A DNA stretch of 64,000 nucleotides from the NCBI GenBank assembly GCA_965203055.1, contig OZ241863.1, positions 1,120,001 through 1,184,000 of the forward strand, in the 5' to 3' direction. Positions 62,173 through 64,000 of the stretch are shown here, piece after piece. The DNA is from Spirochaetia bacterium. GTDB lineage: Bacteria > Spirochaetota > Spirochaetia > SZUA-6 > Bin103. The position numbers and the translations under genes are program-made. The notes beneath the pieces are model-generated. The model was given only the letters and a program-made list of their open reading frames with translations. It did no database searches and had not been told where the DNA came from. Positions within the stretch are counted from its first letter, which is position 1. Each line of letters starts with the position of its first letter.

Positions 62173-63321
62173 ATGCCGGATACCGTTTCCTACCACTCGA
62201 TCAAGCCCGCCGCGGCGTGCCGCTACGATCTGCTCGCACTCGGCGAGGTGATGCTGCGCATCGACCCACGCGACGTGCCCACCGCGCGCATGCGGGACAA
62301 CATCCGCGTCTCCCAGGGCGGCGGTGAGACCAACGTCGCGTGCGGCGCCGCCTACACCTTCGGCCTGCGCGCCGGCGTGCTCACCGCCCTGGTGGACGAC
62401 GCCATCGGCGAAAACATCCGCAATCAATTGCGCGAGGCCGGGGTGGACGTCAGCAACATTCTGTGGTGGAACACCGCCGGCGACGGCGGCGCGCACTCCA
62501 CCGATCAGAAGGGCACCCTGCACAATGGCATCAGCGTGACCACCGCCGGCCGCGGCGTGCTGCCGTCGGAGACGCTCTACTACCGCGCCCATACGCCGGC
62601 CGCCCGTCTGCGCCCCGGCGACTTCGACTTCGAGCGCCTGTTCGCCCACCAGGGAACCCGCATCTTCAGCACCGGCGGCATTCTGACGCTGATCGGCAGC
62701 GAGACCGCAGAGCTGGCGATCGCGGCCGCGCGCACCGCCCAGGCCAATGGCAGCTTCGTGGCCGCGGACCTCAACTACCGCTCCAAGGTGGAGCCCAACA
62801 AGGAGCGCGCGCGCGCCATCAACCGCCGCCTCGCGCCCTATCTCAGCATGCTGGTGGGCAACGACTCCGACCTCTCCGACGCCTTCGGCTACCAGACCGC
62901 GGCGCCGGCCTCCGACTCGTTCGACGACTGGCTGGCGGTCTACCGGGACACCATCGCGCAGGTGGCGCGCGACTTCCCCAACCTGAGTCTGATCGGCACG
63001 CAGTGGCGCGGCGCCCACGACGCCGACGAGATCAGTTGGGGCGCGGTGCTCTACGACTGCGCCGCCGGCGCCTGGTACCGCGCGCCGTTGCGCGAGCAGG
63101 TGCACATCACCGACCGCACCGGCGGCGGCGACTCGTTCGCCTGCGGCGTGCTGGCGGCGCTGCTGAAGGGCGAGTCGCTGCAGACCGCGGCGGAGTGGGG
63201 CGCCGCGCACGGCATCCTGGTGCAGGAGACGCCGGGCGACATCACCATGGTGAACCAGCGCGCGGTGGAGGCGGAGGTGCGGCGGGCCGCGGCCGGCGGC
63301 GGCGTCAAGGCCGCGCGCTGA
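62173..63321 (+). CDS. PfkB-family sugar kinase (KdgK-like)
   Basis: LGEVMLR, GGGETNVA, DLNYR, DRTGGGDSF. Confidence 0.9.
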   Translation: MPDTVSYHSIKPAAACRYDLLALGEVMLRIDPRDVPTARMRDNIRVSQGGGETNVACGAAYTFGLRAGVLTALVDDAIGENIRNQLREAGVDVSNILWWNTAGDGGAHSTDQKGTLHNGISVTTAGRGVLPSETLYYRAHTPAARLRPGDFDFERLFAHQGTRIFSTGGILTLIGSETAELAIAAARTAQANGSFVAADLNYRSKVEPNKERARAINRRLAPYLSMLVGNDSDLSDAFGYQTAAPASDSFDDWLAVYRDTIAQVARDFPNLSLIGTQWRGAHDADEISWGAVLYDCAAGAWYRAPLREQVHITDRTGGGDSFACGVLAALLKGESLQTAAEWGAAHGILVQETPGDITMVNQRAVEAEVRRAAAGGGVKAAR

Positions 63322-63337
63322 AAGCCATAGCGCCCCC

Positions 63338-64000
63338 ATGAGATACCGCGCGCTGGGCCGAACCGGTCTGCAGGTGAGCGAACTCGGCATGGGCGGCGCC
63401 TGGATCACGGCGCGCGCCGCGGCGCGGTCCGCGGGCATCGCCGCGGTGCGCCGCGCCCTGGAGCTCGGCGTCAACTACGTCGATACCGCGCCCGCCTACG
63501 CTGACAGCGAGGAGGTGGTCGGGCTGGCGCTGGAGGGCGTGGCGCAGCCGGTCGTCCTGTCCACCAAGCTGGGCGGGCGGCCGCAGCCGTTCGACGCCCG
63601 GGACAAGGACGCCCTGCGGCGTTCGGTCGACACCAGCCTGCGGCTGCTGCAGCGCGATCAGATCGACATCCTGATGATCCACGAGCCGGACCGCCCCGGC
63701 CAGCACGACTGGTTCACCGACTGGGAACGGTTTCACGGCCCCGTCATCGACCTGCTGGAGGAACTGAAGCAGGCCGGCGTGGTTCGCTTCACCGGGATCG
63801 GCGGCACCACCGCGTACACCATGGCGCACCTCATCGCCACCGGCCGGTTCGACGTGGTGCTGACCGCCTTCAATTACAGCCTGCTGTGGCAGGAAGCGCT
63901 GCTCGCGGTACTGCCCGAGGCCAAGCGGCAAGGGACCGGCATCGTGGTCGGCTCGCCGCTGCAGCAGGGGGCGTTGGCGCGGGTGTACCGGGAGGAGGTG
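63338..64000 (+). CDS. Aldo/keto reductase (runs off window end)
   Basis: Manual translation: MRYRALGRTGLQVSELGMGG...GVNYVDTAPAY...STKLGG...IDILMIHEP. Confidence 0.9.
   Translation, partial: MRYRALGRTGLQVSELGMGGAWITARAAARSAGIAAVRRALELGVNYVDTAPAYADSEEVVGLALEGVAQPVVLSTKLGGRPQPFDARDKDALRRSVDTSLRLLQRDQIDILMIHEPDRPGQHDWFTDWERFHGPVIDLLEELKQAGVVRFTGIGGTTAYTMAHLIATGRFDVVLTAFNYSLLWQEALLAVLPEAKRQGTGIVVGSPLQQGALARVYREEV

Noticed and set aside
8011..63931. Many long Arg/Ala/Gly/Pro-rich ORFs in the track (e.g. 11055-14123 -, 11498-14446 +, 41378-43558 +, 59525-61717 +)
   Set aside because: Shadow or antisense frames of recognisable genes in very GC-rich DNA, with no motifs.

Overview
High-GC bacterial chromosome segment. 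Housekeeping genes (M16C peptidase, hpt, leuB, proS, ftsI-like PBP, TolC-like, guaB, DAHP synthase, SulP, CPA antiporter, amtB, serS, PfkB kinase) are interleaved with many conflict and mobile modules. Positions 1-15.8 kb look like a defence island: HicB, a transposase remnant, an Rpn nuclease, a decayed Phd/VapC pair, a low-GC two-gene module (HNH + helical repeats + tandem PIN-like protein, and a 643-aa partner), a DUF1156 adenine methylase, a PLD-SNF2 helicase and an IS3 element. A second candidate defence operon (ABC-ATPase, Toprim-like, DUF262) lies at 27.2-31.1 kb, back-to-back with a structured non-coding region resembling a HEARO/omega-RNA. An HNH gene occurs in two dispersed copies; the full copy has 11-bp inverted ends and both carry an internal array of 14-bp near-palindromes. 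A Uma2 nuclease gene sits between guaB and a decayed duplicate of the guaB 3' end. Many genes appear leaderless. No tRNA, rRNA or CRISPR array was seen. Family calls come from motif recognition only; no searches were run.
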